From a bacterium (GTDB lineage Bacteria > Zhuqueibacterota > Zhuqueibacteria > Oceanimicrobiales > Oceanimicrobiaceae): a stretch of DNA of 36,070 bases. Position numbers and translations under genes: made by a program. The DNA is taken from assembly GCA_046757525.1 (NCBI GenBank), contig JBHHYI010000023.1, positions 1-36,070 on the forward strand. The letters run 5' to 3'. Shown piece after piece: positions 8,864 to 18,297 of this stretch. How positions within the stretch are numbered: the stretch's first letter is position 1; the number at the start of each line of letters is the position of its first letter. The notes below the pieces were generated by a model. That model worked only from the letters and a program-made list of their open reading frames with translations, was not told the origin of the DNA and made no database searches.

Positions 8864-10183
8864 TTAGTGCAACTTAAACAAAACTGGTACAGCCACCCAA
8901 ACCTTAACCGGGGCTCCTTGCGATTCTGCCGGCTGCCACTTGACGCTCTTCAGGGCGTTTACGGCGGCTTCGGCAAAACCGCTGCCTTCGTCGCCCAGCG
9001 ATTGCAGAATTTTGGTGTCCACGACTTCGCCCTGTTCATCGACGAGAACGTGTACAAGGACCCGTCCCTCAATGCCTGCCTTGCGAGCTGCTTCCGGGTA
9101 TTTGAGATTTTCCTGAATCGCCTTGAACCCGCCAATGGGCTGGGGTGGCGTGTCGTATGGCTCAGAAAGCACGCCTTTTCCCAACTGCTCTTGCGAAGAA
9201 TCGACCGCAAGTTCCGGTTGAAGCGATTTTTCTCTGCACTGCCAGGAAAATGGCAAAATCGCCAATCCCAACAGCACAGGCAGCAGATAGAACCACCTTT
9301 TGTGCTTCATCTTGGCCTCCTGCAAATTTAATAGATGGTTTAAGCGAACAAAAATGGACTTGTTGTTCTCGGAAAAATAATGGCCAGAGGCAGTCAGAAC
9401 CGGGTGCCGGACCTGCTTCTCCACGAAGGTGTACAGCAACTTGCTGTAGTCGAACGCACTGATTCCGGTTTTGGCCACAGCGGTTTCGTCGCAGCGGAGC
9501 TCGCGCGTCTGGTTCAGCCGGGCGTGCAGCCACCACACCAGCGGATTGAGTCCGAACAATATGACCGCGACGGTCTGCAGCCCCAGCACCCACAAATCTT
9601 TCGAATCGATGTGGGCCATCTCGTGGGCCATCACGCTTTCCAGATGATGTTGCGGCCACTTTTGCCAGTCGGCGGGCAAAAATATTTTGGGACGCAAGAA
9701 TCCCACCAGCACGGGCGCCTGAACCTGGTCGGAGCCAAACACCCGCAGCCCTGGTTTCGCGCTCTGAACCCATCTCAACAATTTGGAATCGCTGAGTTGT
9801 GCGGACTTCTGCAACCGGCGTCGCAAGAGAAAATTCTGGTACACGACTTTGGCCGCAAACAATACGATCGAAAGCAGCCAGACGGAAAAGAGCAGTGAGG
9901 CCAGCGTAAAAGTCGGTGTTTGGCCCGCTGGTTGCGCCGTTGCTAAAATCGGCTGCAAAGCGATTGGCTGCGGCAGGGACTGGGTCAGAGTCGAAGGCAG
10001 GGAAAACACCGGTGGGACGAACAGCTTGGCCAAAGCCAGCAACCACAGCCAATAGCGGACGCGAATATTTCCGCGCAGGAACGGCATGGCCAGCCAGACC
10101 AGCAACACAAACGCTGACGTTTCCAGCGTATGTAGCCCAAAAATCGACAGCCACGCGTCGGCAATTTGGTTAAATTGGCTCAT
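8864..10183 (-). CDS. BlaR1-like M56 metallopeptidase fused to a C-terminal TonB domain
   Basis: RYWLWLL, HEMAH zinc motif, NPLVWW, RELRCDE. C-terminal YPEAARKAGIEGRVLVHVLVDEQG...WQPA is TonB_C. Start placed at MSQFNQ, overlapping the end of blaI. Confidence 0.92.
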   Translation of the reverse strand: MSQFNQIADAWLSIFGLHTLETSAFVLLVWLAMPFLRGNIRVRYWLWLLALAKLFVPPVFSLPSTLTQSLPQPIALQPILATAQPAGQTPTFTLASLLFSVWLLSIVLFAAKVVYQNFLLRRRLQKSAQLSDSKLLRWVQSAKPGLRVFGSDQVQAPVLVGFLRPKIFLPADWQKWPQHHLESVMAHEMAHIDSKDLWVLGLQTVAVILFGLNPLVWWLHARLNQTRELRCDETAVAKTGISAFDYSKLLYTFVEKQVRHPVLTASGHYFSENNKSIFVRLNHLLNLQEAKMKHKRWFYLLPVLLGLAILPFSWQCREKSLQPELAVDSSQEQLGKGVLSEPYDTPPQPIGGFKAIQENLKYPEAARKAGIEGRVLVHVLVDEQGEVVDTKILQSLGDEGSGFAEAAVNALKSVKWQPAESQGAPVKVWVAVPVLFKLH

Positions 10184-10568
10184 CTTCGCCCTCCTTTTCC
10201 TTGGCCTCAATCAACGCTTTGAGTCGATGCAGATCCTTTGGGGTCAGCTCTCCAGAGTCCACCAGGTAACTGGCCAGCGCGCCAAATGAGCCGTTGAAAA
10301 TCCGTGCCACCAGCGAATGCGTTTCGCTCTCGGCAAAATCCGCGCGCGACACCGTCGGTTGGTAAAAATTCACCATGCCAATCTTTTCCTTCTGGAGAAA
10401 TCCTTTGTCCACCAGGATATTCATGATCGTCTGTACCGTCGTGTAAGCCTTTTCGCCCTCCGGATAAAGATGACTGTGCACTTCCCGCACAGTCACAGGC
10501 CTGGCGAAGCTCCAGACGCCTCTCATGACCTGCCATTCTGCTTCTGCTAATTTTTTTCGTTTTGCCAT
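10170..10568 (-). CDS. BlaI/MecI/CopY family transcriptional repressor
   Basis: LAEAEWQVMRGVW, AYTTVQTIMNILVDKGFL, FNGS motifs. GGAGG RBS before MAKRKK; adjacent to M56. Confidence 0.95.
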   Translation of the reverse strand: MAKRKKLAEAEWQVMRGVWSFARPVTVREVHSHLYPEGEKAYTTVQTIMNILVDKGFLQKEKIGMVNFYQPTVSRADFAESETHSLVARIFNGSFGALASYLVDSGELTPKDLHRLKALIEAKEKEGEDEPI

Positions 10569-10588
10569 CACGCCTCCTGAAACCATTC

Positions 10589-10632
10589 TACTAAGCTTTT
10601 AGTAATGTAATTAACCAATTAGTAAAACGCAA
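10589..10632 (-). promoter_or_regulatory. blaI-operon promoter with candidate BlaI operator
   Basis: Minus strand TTGCGT-N17-TACATT (10632-10604). Palindrome TACTAA-GCTT-TTAGTA (10589-10604) plus a second TTAGTA half-site in the spacer. Confidence 0.6.
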
Positions 10633-10838
10633 GAAAAATTTCTATTTTTTAACGAAATTTTTACGAATTTCATCTATTGGCCCAATGAATGTCATCCCTT
10701 CAGGGTGTAAGCGGACATCCAGCACAAGATTCCCGATTCATTCGGCATGCGCGGGATGGGAACGATACACTTTGTTGGGTTCTTTGTTGACTTGAGTGGG
10801 TAACGTGTAGCACAAGTCCTTGATGACGGCAGTCTATT

Positions 10839-11174
10839 ACGCCGAAGGCTTTGGACACCAAAGCCCAGGGCGCCCTGGGCTTTAAAGCAACCAATCCCTT
10901 GAACCCCCCAACGGGGTTCCACAAAGCCATGCCACCGTTACTCCCAAACATAACGCTCATCGATTTCGATGCCGTATTTTTTGCATAGACGGCGGAACTC
11001 ATCCTGCTGTGTTTGGTAGAGAAAACGATGTGCAAATAGATTTGGACCAACGATTGCGACATGGGTGCTCCCATTCTTGTCGAACCCCTTCAGGGTTCTT
11101 TATTGTGGTTATCACTAACCGAGGGTTGCGCTGCGCACACTACCCTCGGCTTTGGTGGTTGACGCCTTCGGCGT
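10839..11174. mobile_element. Non-autonomous IS200/IS605 (REPtron-like) element: REP-like inverted flanks around a deleted tnpA
   Basis: ACGCCGAAGGC...CACCAAAGCCCAGGG (from 10839) is the inverse of CCCTCGGCTTTGGTG...GCCTTCGGCGT (to 11174). Inner hairpins AACCCC...GGGGTT (10902-10918) and AACCCCTTCAGGGTT (11083-11097). Confidence 0.75.
10938..11062 (-). pseudogene. tnpA: IS200/IS605 Y1 transposase with a large internal deletion
   Basis: N-terminus MSQSLVQIYLHIVFSTKH is joined out of frame to the C-terminus QDEFRRLCKKYGIEIDERYVWE*. The HUH motif and catalytic Tyr region are missing. Confidence 0.88.
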
Positions 11175-11270
11175 GTGCTGATACTCATTTACCCACTCTA
11201 AACAACATAGAGCCTGTTGCTGCATTTAGATGCTTATCTAAATTTCACAATAGTCATGTTGTAAGAAATT

Positions 11271-11681
11271 TTACTGCGGATGGTCGGCTGGCACTGAGCT
11301 TAGCGTCTTTAGAAACCTGAGCAATTCCTGCAATTCTTCTTCAGTGATTTTGCCTTCATACGGCGGCATTTTCTTGCTGCCTTCACCCTTGCCAAGTTCG
11401 ATGATGTCGAGAACGGTGTCGTCGTCGTATTTGCTGAAAACATTGCGGATGTCGGGTGCTTGCATGCCACCCTGTCCTTCGGGACCGTGGCAGCGGGCAC
11501 AGTTAACCTCTTTGTTGCCATAGCCCAAATAGAGCAATTGGCCGGGATCCGTGATATCGGCAGGCGGCTTGTTTGCGCAAGCCGACCAGAACAGCAGCAA
11601 CCAGGCCAGGTGGCTCAGGCTACGGGTTAAATGCAAACGGGGAATTGCGCGGAAAGTCCGGCGTCGGCGGGGTAATTTCAT
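11271..11681 (-). CDS. Monoheme c-type cytochrome lipoprotein
   Basis: Lipobox-like FWSAC, heme motif CARCH, distal Met in KMPPY. Start uncertain. Confidence 0.88.
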   Translation of the reverse strand: MKLPRRRRTFRAIPRLHLTRSLSHLAWLLLFWSACANKPPADITDPGQLLYLGYGNKEVNCARCHGPEGQGGMQAPDIRNVFSKYDDDTVLDIIELGKGEGSKKMPPYEGKITEEELQELLRFLKTLSSVPADHPQ

Positions 11682-11705
11682 CCGAGTGTGGTGGTGCAGA
11701 ACTCG

Positions 11706-13013
11706 CTACTCTCTCTTAAGCACAATCAAAGTGATGTCGTCATCCTGAACTTTGGGACCGGTAAATTTTTTTATACTCTGGAATATTTTTTCAATGATTT
11801 GCCTGGCGCTCAAATGTCGATTCGCCTTCATGACTTTTTGCAGGCGAGCTTCGCCAAAAAGGACCTCGATTTCATTTTCGGCTTCCGTAACACCATCTGA
11901 ATAGATTACCAGGACATCGCCTGAATCGAGCTGAACTTTTCCTGGCTCAAACCGGCAATCTGGCAGCATGCCTAAAACGACGCCACCGGTTTCCAGGGAG
12001 CTGAATTCCCCATTTTGGTTCAAGTGAAACGGGTAGTTGTGGCCAGCGTTGACATACTCGAAGCTGTGACCACTCAAATCGAGAATACCGCAAAACAGCG
12101 TGACGAACTTGTCGGAGGGGGTGTTGCGATACAGGATGTTGTTGGTGTTGGCAATGCACTGAACCAGCGAAGGAGTGGTCAGCACCTGACTGCCAAGCGT
12201 TGCTTGTAAGTAGGCCATTAAAAGGGAAGCCGGAATCCCTTTCCCAGAAATATCTCCCAAAGCGATAGCCCAGCGGTCGTTCCCGAGGTCGATGAAATCA
12301 AAGTAATCGCCCCCCACTTCTTTGGCTGAATCGCTGACTCCGGCCACGTCAAATCCAGCTATTTTCGGATCTTCCTTGGGCAGCAGTCGGTGTTGAATGG
12401 CGCGCGCCATCTCCACTTCTTGCTCGAACAGACGCAATTGCTTTTCCTCTTCGTACAACCTGGCGTTCTCGATGACCTGGGCTGACTGAGAAGCAATGAT
12501 GCAAAGCAATCTCTGGTCGTCCTCGGAAAAGACCCCGGGACCTTTCTTGTTGAATAAATTCAAAACACCGATCAGGCCGCCTTTGCACATCAACGGAACG
12601 CTCAACAGCGTCTTGATCTTTTCATCCTCTGGCCGACTTCCCTTGAACAGCTTCGTCCTGCTGAAATCGTTGATCAACAACGGGTTGCGATGTTTGATCA
12701 TCCAACCGCTGAGCACGTCATCCAAGCGGTATTTGTCGGCCGGCGTGGTTTCGTCAGCTTTCCTGATCAGGGTTTTGAAGGGGTCTCCACCGGCCATTTT
12801 TTCCAGCAGGTGGATGGTACCTTGCTCGGCATCGATGGCTTTGACCGAGGAAGCCACCACCCGATCCAGCACCTTTTCCAGCGACATGGTCGAGGAAATG
12901 ATTCTGGCCAACTCGTTGATGGTTACCAATTCCTGCACCGACTTCTTGAGCCGCGCGTTCTCCTCTTTGAGTTGGTTAATTGTTACACTTTCGGGACTTG
13001 TTTTTATTGCCAT
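11706..13013 (-). CDS. GAF domain + SpoIIE/RsbU-type PP2C phosphatase
   Basis: GAF (LLSVPLM...GVLNLFNK...FSEDD); VGGDYFD, GDISGKG, NAGHN, YSDGVTEA, DDITL. Confidence 0.95.
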   Translation of the reverse strand: MAIKTSPESVTINQLKEENARLKKSVQELVTINELARIISSTMSLEKVLDRVVASSVKAIDAEQGTIHLLEKMAGGDPFKTLIRKADETTPADKYRLDDVLSGWMIKHRNPLLINDFSRTKLFKGSRPEDEKIKTLLSVPLMCKGGLIGVLNLFNKKGPGVFSEDDQRLLCIIASQSAQVIENARLYEEEKQLRLFEQEVEMARAIQHRLLPKEDPKIAGFDVAGVSDSAKEVGGDYFDFIDLGNDRWAIALGDISGKGIPASLLMAYLQATLGSQVLTTPSLVQCIANTNNILYRNTPSDKFVTLFCGILDLSGHSFEYVNAGHNYPFHLNQNGEFSSLETGGVVLGMLPDCRFEPGKVQLDSGDVLVIYSDGVTEAENEIEVLFGEARLQKVMKANRHLSARQIIEKIFQSIKKFTGPKVQDDDITLIVLKRE

Positions 13014-13325
13014 AGGGAACTCCTACACATAATTACAATGGCGCTGGCGTGTGGCGTGTGCACACCAATGGTTCGGTCCTTAAGCCGATTCCGCGTTGCA
13101 CCGGCACGAACACCAACTTTGGCGGCCAGCAGCCGCCGACTGAGTGCGAATCGAGTCAGGGATTGCGGAACGTTTGTTGTTTCACGATCGCTCTTCCTTA
13201 AAATACCCAACCACTCGTTCAAAAACAACAAGTTTTTGCTATGCCAGCGGGTAAGCGGTCAGGATTTCTCATAATTCATATTTTATTTGAATTTTTCCCA
13301 TAGCTCACGAGTTGTTTGCAGAGGA

Positions 13326-15539
13326 TTACAGGTTTGCATTCCAAAATTCCAGCATTTTTGTGAACAAATGCCGTCGTGCCGGCCGGTCTGAGATGCCGTG
13401 TTTGCGCATGGGGTACATCATCAAATCAAACTGAATTTTGTTTTGAATGAGTTGTTCAATGAACGCCCATGAGTTTTGTGGATGCACGTTGTCGTCATGA
13501 GTGCCATGTACGAGTAACAACCTGCCGTGCAAGTTTTTTGCACTTTTCACAAAAGAAGTTTTCTCATATCCTTCCGGATTTTCTTTTGGTTGTTTCATGG
13601 CAAATTCAGTCCATTTACTGTCGTAATAATGCCAGTCGGTAACGGGGGCTACCGCAATACCAGCTTTGAATTCCTTCGAATTTGTCATCGCATTCAAGGT
13701 GAAACTGCCGCCGCCGCTCCAACCCCAGATGCCGAATCTGTCCGCATCTACATAGGGCTGCGATTTCAGCCAACGAACGCCATCGACAATGTCTTTCATT
13801 TCAACAGGACCGGACATCATTTTCAGAACCCGGTTTTCCAGTTTCTTGCTGATGGCCGTGGCACTACGGTGGTCGAAACGAACCACCAGATAACCATTCC
13901 GCAGCAAAATCTGGTCGAAATAACGCGCGGTGTTCCAGGAGTTGAACACCGTCGGAGCTGACGGCCCTGCATAAATATTATAAATTATCGGATATTTTTT
14001 CCCGGGATCGAAATCTTTCGGTTTGAGAATTTCTGCCGGCATGGGAAAGCCGTCTGACGTTGGGATGCTAAAGAATTCCGGCATCTGAATGTCGTAGGCT
14101 ATCGCCAGATCCGTGCGTGGTTTGGCCACGAGTTTTTGCAGCTTGCCGTTGTTTCGGTAAAGCGCAAGAGACGGCGGTGTCGAGCCGTTGGAAAAGCGGT
14201 CAAAATAGTACCGGGCGTCCGGACTGAAGGTGATCTGGTGAACGCCGTCTTCCTGGCTCAATCGTTGCATTTTCGAGCCGTCCATGCGAATGCGGTAGAG
14301 ATGTCGTTCGGTGGAAGATTTCTTGAGTGAGGTGAAATAGATCCAGCCTTTTTTTTCATTGATGCGTGAAACAGAACGCCGCAGCCAGAAGGGCCCACCG
14401 GAGGACCGCAAAGCCCATTCCCCTTGGGTGATCCGATTCACGAGTTTTCCGTCCAGGGTGAAGCGATAGAGATGGGCGTAGCCGTCCCGCTCCGATTGCC
14501 AGATAAAATGCTTACCGTCTTTCAAAAAATAAAGATCGTCGTTGATGTTGACCCAGGCGTCATCGTGCTCGTTCATGATGTGTTTTGCCTGGCCGGTTTG
14601 AGCGGCTACCAGGTACAGGTCGAGGTCGGTTTGTGCTCGGTTCATGGTTTGAACGGCCAGGCGTTCGTTGTCCGGCAGCCATTTCACCCGCGCAAGATAT
14701 TCGTAATGCGGTAGCTTTGCCCAGGTCGTTTTCCCGCCGCTCGCAGCGACGACACCGACCTTCACGACCGGATTGGCGGTGCCCGCCTTGGGATAGCGTT
14801 GGGTGAGCACGCGCGGTACCTGCGGTTTATAATCCACAAAATGCATTACCGGCACCATGGACTCGTCGCTTTGCAGGTAAGCAATGGATTTGGAGTCTTC
14901 CGACCACCAGTAGCCAATGTCGCGACGGCCAAAAATTTCCTCCCAGTAAACCCAGGAAAGCGTCCCGTTCAGCAGCGTTTTTGAACCGTCGGTCGTTAGT
15001 CGTTTCTCGGTACTCTTGGCGATGTTGTAAACATAGAGGTCATTCGACCGCACAAAAGCAAGCTTCTGGCCATCGGGTGAAAAATTCACGGCTTTCTCTT
15101 TTTCATCTGTACGGGTGACCCGGCTAAACTGCGACGTGCCGAGATTCAATAAATAGATGTCGCCTCCTATTAAATAAACGGCACTTTTCCCCTCCCCGTC
15201 GAAGGCACGCGGCCACGAGAGATTGAGGGTTGTGTCCTCCTTACCCAACGCTGTTTTGAGACTGTGAATAGCTTTGTCGTTATCGACGAGGGCTGTCCGT
15301 TTCCCTGACTTCGGTTGAAAGAGTTCGAATGTTCGCTCTGCCTTAGGTTTGCGCAGGTCGAAGAAAATAGCGGTGCTGTTCTTCAGCCAGACGAATCGAG
15401 GCAACGCAGTGAGCGCTGAACTGGAATCGCTGTAAATCCAGTCCACAGTGATTTGCTTCTTCTCCTGAGTGAAGGAGGCATTTGTAAAGACAACAGAACC
15501 AAAAAAGAGTATGAAAACCAGCAACCTTTTTTTCTGCAT
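13326..15539 (-). CDS. S9B dipeptidyl peptidase IV
   Basis: Signal peptide; WVYWEE, YPKAG, GWSGGG nucleophile, HGTHDDNVH, KHGI. Confidence 0.95.
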   Translation of the reverse strand: MQKKRLLVFILFFGSVVFTNASFTQEKKQITVDWIYSDSSSALTALPRFVWLKNSTAIFFDLRKPKAERTFELFQPKSGKRTALVDNDKAIHSLKTALGKEDTTLNLSWPRAFDGEGKSAVYLIGGDIYLLNLGTSQFSRVTRTDEKEKAVNFSPDGQKLAFVRSNDLYVYNIAKSTEKRLTTDGSKTLLNGTLSWVYWEEIFGRRDIGYWWSEDSKSIAYLQSDESMVPVMHFVDYKPQVPRVLTQRYPKAGTANPVVKVGVVAASGGKTTWAKLPHYEYLARVKWLPDNERLAVQTMNRAQTDLDLYLVAAQTGQAKHIMNEHDDAWVNINDDLYFLKDGKHFIWQSERDGYAHLYRFTLDGKLVNRITQGEWALRSSGGPFWLRRSVSRINEKKGWIYFTSLKKSSTERHLYRIRMDGSKMQRLSQEDGVHQITFSPDARYYFDRFSNGSTPPSLALYRNNGKLQKLVAKPRTDLAIAYDIQMPEFFSIPTSDGFPMPAEILKPKDFDPGKKYPIIYNIYAGPSAPTVFNSWNTARYFDQILLRNGYLVVRFDHRSATAISKKLENRVLKMMSGPVEMKDIVDGVRWLKSQPYVDADRFGIWGWSGGGSFTLNAMTNSKEFKAGIAVAPVTDWHYYDSKWTEFAMKQPKENPEGYEKTSFVKSAKNLHGRLLLVHGTHDDNVHPQNSWAFIEQLIQNKIQFDLMMYPMRKHGISDRPARRHLFTKMLEFWNANL

Positions 15540-15572
15540 GATTTCACCTTCCAAAATGATTTTATTTGTGAT

Positions 15573-17843
15573 TTATTGGTCGACATCTTGCGCAAGTATG
15601 CCGCTCAGGGTTGCCACAAAGCTACTGAACTGATTTAAGACGATGGCCACTTTTTCAATATTTTGGTCAACCTGTTCCCACTCTTTCTGCTCGATAGCTT
15701 CTCGCACCGCTGGCAGGGTTTTTACGCCGTAACCGGTATAAAAACCAGGTGCATATATTTGATGTTTGAACCAGGGTCGGTTAGGAAGACCTTTATTTAG
15801 CGTCAGTTTCTGCTCAGCCCGCAGCAGTTTCTTGTTGAATCCGGCTGGCATTGCTTTGCCGGATTTCTTGAACTTGTCGAGGGCTTTTGCATAGTCGTCG
15901 GCAGTTTGCTTCAGCGTGTTCACAGCATTTTTCAGAGGACTAAAATTGAAAAATGGTGGTGGCGTTTCCTTCTCAGGTGGTTGGATGCCATCGCCTTTTG
16001 GGTCCGCGGTCGCGGTAAACACACCTTCGTCGAGCTGCCGGTTAGTTTCCTCGATGTCCGCACGCATCTTTTCGGCCAGCTTTTGCAGGTCATCGACGTA
16101 CCTGCTGATCGTTTCTGCGAAGTTGGCGAAATCGTACGGGAGAATATCGGCTTCGGCAAAACGTATGACCGCTGTACCGGTGGTTTGTGCCAGCGCACGA
16201 CCGTAGACAAAATCCGTATCTGCAAAATGGGTGTACCAGTAAAAACTGTCGTAAATAGAATGGTAAACGCCGCCGCCACCCTCACCAAAATAACTTACGT
16301 TCAGCGAAGGAATTCCCAGGTGGTCGAGAAAAACCGTGTAATCGGAACCGGACCCCAGCGCCCTGATTCGGAGGTCTTTACGCTGACGCAAGGTTTTTCT
16401 TTGTTCAGTTGATGCTGCATTGGCAATGTTACGCAACTGCCGCCGTTTCCACACGGAGAAGTCTGTTTCGGGATCATCGATGTCGCGAATGACGTCATTT
16501 ATGAAATTTTCGAGAATGTGCGAGCCGCTCAGATTCACGAAACCGCGGCCATTGGAGTCGGTGTTGATGTACAAAACCGCTTTTTGACGAAGTTCTTCAG
16601 CGTGCGTTTCCGCCCACTCGGTGGAACCCAGGAGACCCTCTTCTTCCCCGTCCCAGGCACAGTAAATCAGGGTACGTTTCGGCTTCCAGCCCCGTTTGAC
16701 CAGCGTGGTCATGGCGCGCGCTTCCTCCATCAGGGCGACCATGCCGGAGGTCGGATCCTGGGCACCATTGACCCAGGCGTCGTGGTGGTTGCCGCGAATG
16801 ATCCATTCGTCAGGATATTCGCTGCCCGGGATTTTGCCGATGACGTCGTAAACCGTCTTCATGTTCCAGTCGGCTTGCACCTTGAGATGCACTTTTGCCG
16901 GTCCTGGGCCGATGTGGTAGGTGAGCGGCAGGGCGCCGCGCCACGATTTAGGCGCCACCGGTCCCTTCAACGCGGCCAGCAGTGGTTTTGCATCCGCATG
17001 CGACAGCGGGAGCACCGGAATTGCGGTAAACGTCTTGACGTCTTTCTGGGCCAGACGTTTTGCATCTTTCGTTGCACCGACACCAGGCGTGAGCGGGTCG
17101 CCCGGGTAGAGCGGCATATCCATGACGCTGCCGCGCTGCACACCCGTGCTGCTGCGCCAGGCGCCTTCAGGGTAAACATCGCCCTGGTAGTAGCCATCGC
17201 CCCGGGGGTCTGAATAGATGAGACAACCCACGGCTCCGTGTTCAGCCGCCACTTTCGGTTTGATGCCGCGCCAGGAGCCGCCATACTTAGCGATGACGAT
17301 CTTCCCGGCAACGGAGATTCCGAGACGCTCGAGATGCTCGTAATCGGCAGGAACGCCGTAGTTCACAAATACCAGTTCAGCAGTAACATCGCCATCCGCG
17401 GAATAGGCGTTGTAGGTCGGCAACTGTTCGTCCTGTTGTACGGAGGTGGGGTCGTCCGGCAGCGCTGGTTCCTTCAAAGTTGCTTTGAATTGCGTCGGTT
17501 CCAACAGTTCCACGAGCCGTTCCCTGGGCGTGGGGAAGAGCACCTCGAACGATTCGATTTTTGCGTCGAGGCCCCATTCCTTGAATTTTGCCAGAATCCA
17601 TTCCGCATTCTGTTTGTCGTAAGCTGACCCGAGGTGATGCGGTCGCGCGCTGAGATGTTTCATGTAGGCCCGTAAATTGGCGGTGTCGGGGATGGCCCGG
17701 AATCTGGTTTCCCAGTTGGTATGGTTTGCCCCCGCCTGTCCGGATCCAGTCGTCTTGGAGAGGGTTTTGGGGGTGTGTCCTACCGGATACGCTAACGTGA
17801 CCAGCGTTACCAGGATGAATGCCATGAAAAACAATCGTCTCAT
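15573..17843 (-). CDS. M28 glutamate carboxypeptidase II-like peptidase (PA and TfR-dimerisation domains)
   Basis: GNHHDAW, DPTSG, WDGEEEGLLGSTEW, GSGSDY, YHSIYD, RPWFKHQIYAPG. Start set at MRRLFF behind GGGAGG. Confidence 0.95.
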   Translation of the reverse strand: MRRLFFMAFILVTLVTLAYPVGHTPKTLSKTTGSGQAGANHTNWETRFRAIPDTANLRAYMKHLSARPHHLGSAYDKQNAEWILAKFKEWGLDAKIESFEVLFPTPRERLVELLEPTQFKATLKEPALPDDPTSVQQDEQLPTYNAYSADGDVTAELVFVNYGVPADYEHLERLGISVAGKIVIAKYGGSWRGIKPKVAAEHGAVGCLIYSDPRGDGYYQGDVYPEGAWRSSTGVQRGSVMDMPLYPGDPLTPGVGATKDAKRLAQKDVKTFTAIPVLPLSHADAKPLLAALKGPVAPKSWRGALPLTYHIGPGPAKVHLKVQADWNMKTVYDVIGKIPGSEYPDEWIIRGNHHDAWVNGAQDPTSGMVALMEEARAMTTLVKRGWKPKRTLIYCAWDGEEEGLLGSTEWAETHAEELRQKAVLYINTDSNGRGFVNLSGSHILENFINDVIRDIDDPETDFSVWKRRQLRNIANAASTEQRKTLRQRKDLRIRALGSGSDYTVFLDHLGIPSLNVSYFGEGGGGVYHSIYDSFYWYTHFADTDFVYGRALAQTTGTAVIRFAEADILPYDFANFAETISRYVDDLQKLAEKMRADIEETNRQLDEGVFTATADPKGDGIQPPEKETPPPFFNFSPLKNAVNTLKQTADDYAKALDKFKKSGKAMPAGFNKKLLRAEQKLTLNKGLPNRPWFKHQIYAPGFYTGYGVKTLPAVREAIEQKEWEQVDQNIEKVAIVLNQFSSFVATLSGILAQDVDQ

Positions 17844-17970
17844 TGGTTGTCCTCCCTTCGTTTTGGTGCCTACTTCGTTTTCAGTTAATGGAACGCTCCG
17901 CATTTGTTGGTTGAAAGTTTGCTCCTTATAGTATTACGCCTCATTTCTTGCACAAAAGTGCAAAAAGAAT

Positions 17971-18157
17971 TGGAACGCGGATTGCACGGATTTAACTAAT
18001 CCAACCGGATTAGCCCGATTGAATCTATTTATTTGAGCCAGGGACTCTGAACCGAATGGCTCATGAACCGTTTGATTTTCACAAGAATCAAATCCGTGTA
18101 AATCCGTTCGATCTGTAAAATCCGCGTTCCATTCGTTTGCGGCTGCGCCGCGCTAGG
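17971..18157. repeat. Miniature inverted-repeat element with a hairpin+TAGG end, abutting a kinase remnant
   Basis: Perfect 13-bp IR TGGAACGCGGATT (17971-17983) / AATCCGCGTTCCA (18119-18131), CGGATT-like units at about 9-bp spacing, and end GCGGCTGCGCCGCGCTAGG (18139-18157). Confidence 0.75.
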
Positions 18158-18297
18158 AACCTTGCGAAGGTTCGAAACCTTCGCAAGGTTGGCAATCATT
18201 TCCCGTAACTCCTGCCCCTCGATGTATTCCATCACGCCGAACAGATCATCATCCCGTTCCTTGATGGCGTGAATCGTGACATGAGTTCCCCGGTCAT
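18157..18297 (-). pseudogene. Ser/Thr protein kinase remnant (subdomains IV-V)
   Basis: An ATG overlapping the upstream TGA gives MTGE (cf. MTGK of 31253..34177). Then, after a deletion, VTIHAIKERDDDLFGVMEYIEGQELREMI is homologous to ATIHAIEEVDDEMFIVMEYIEGRELKEII. Confidence 0.85.
18158..18190. repeat. Perfect 15-bp palindrome inside the kinase reading frame
   Basis: AACCTTGCGAAGGTT-CGA-AACCTTCGCAAGGTT, read as NLAKVSNLRKV. Confidence 0.9.

Noticed and set aside
9162..10154. 330-aa alternate-frame ORF inside the M56 gene
   Set aside because: Arg/Ala/Gly-rich composition typical of off-frame GC-rich sequence, and fully overlapped by a well-supported gene.
10700..11074. 124-aa ORF as an intact transposase
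   Set aside because: Only 18 residues are TnpA-like; the rest is off-frame read-through across REP sequence.
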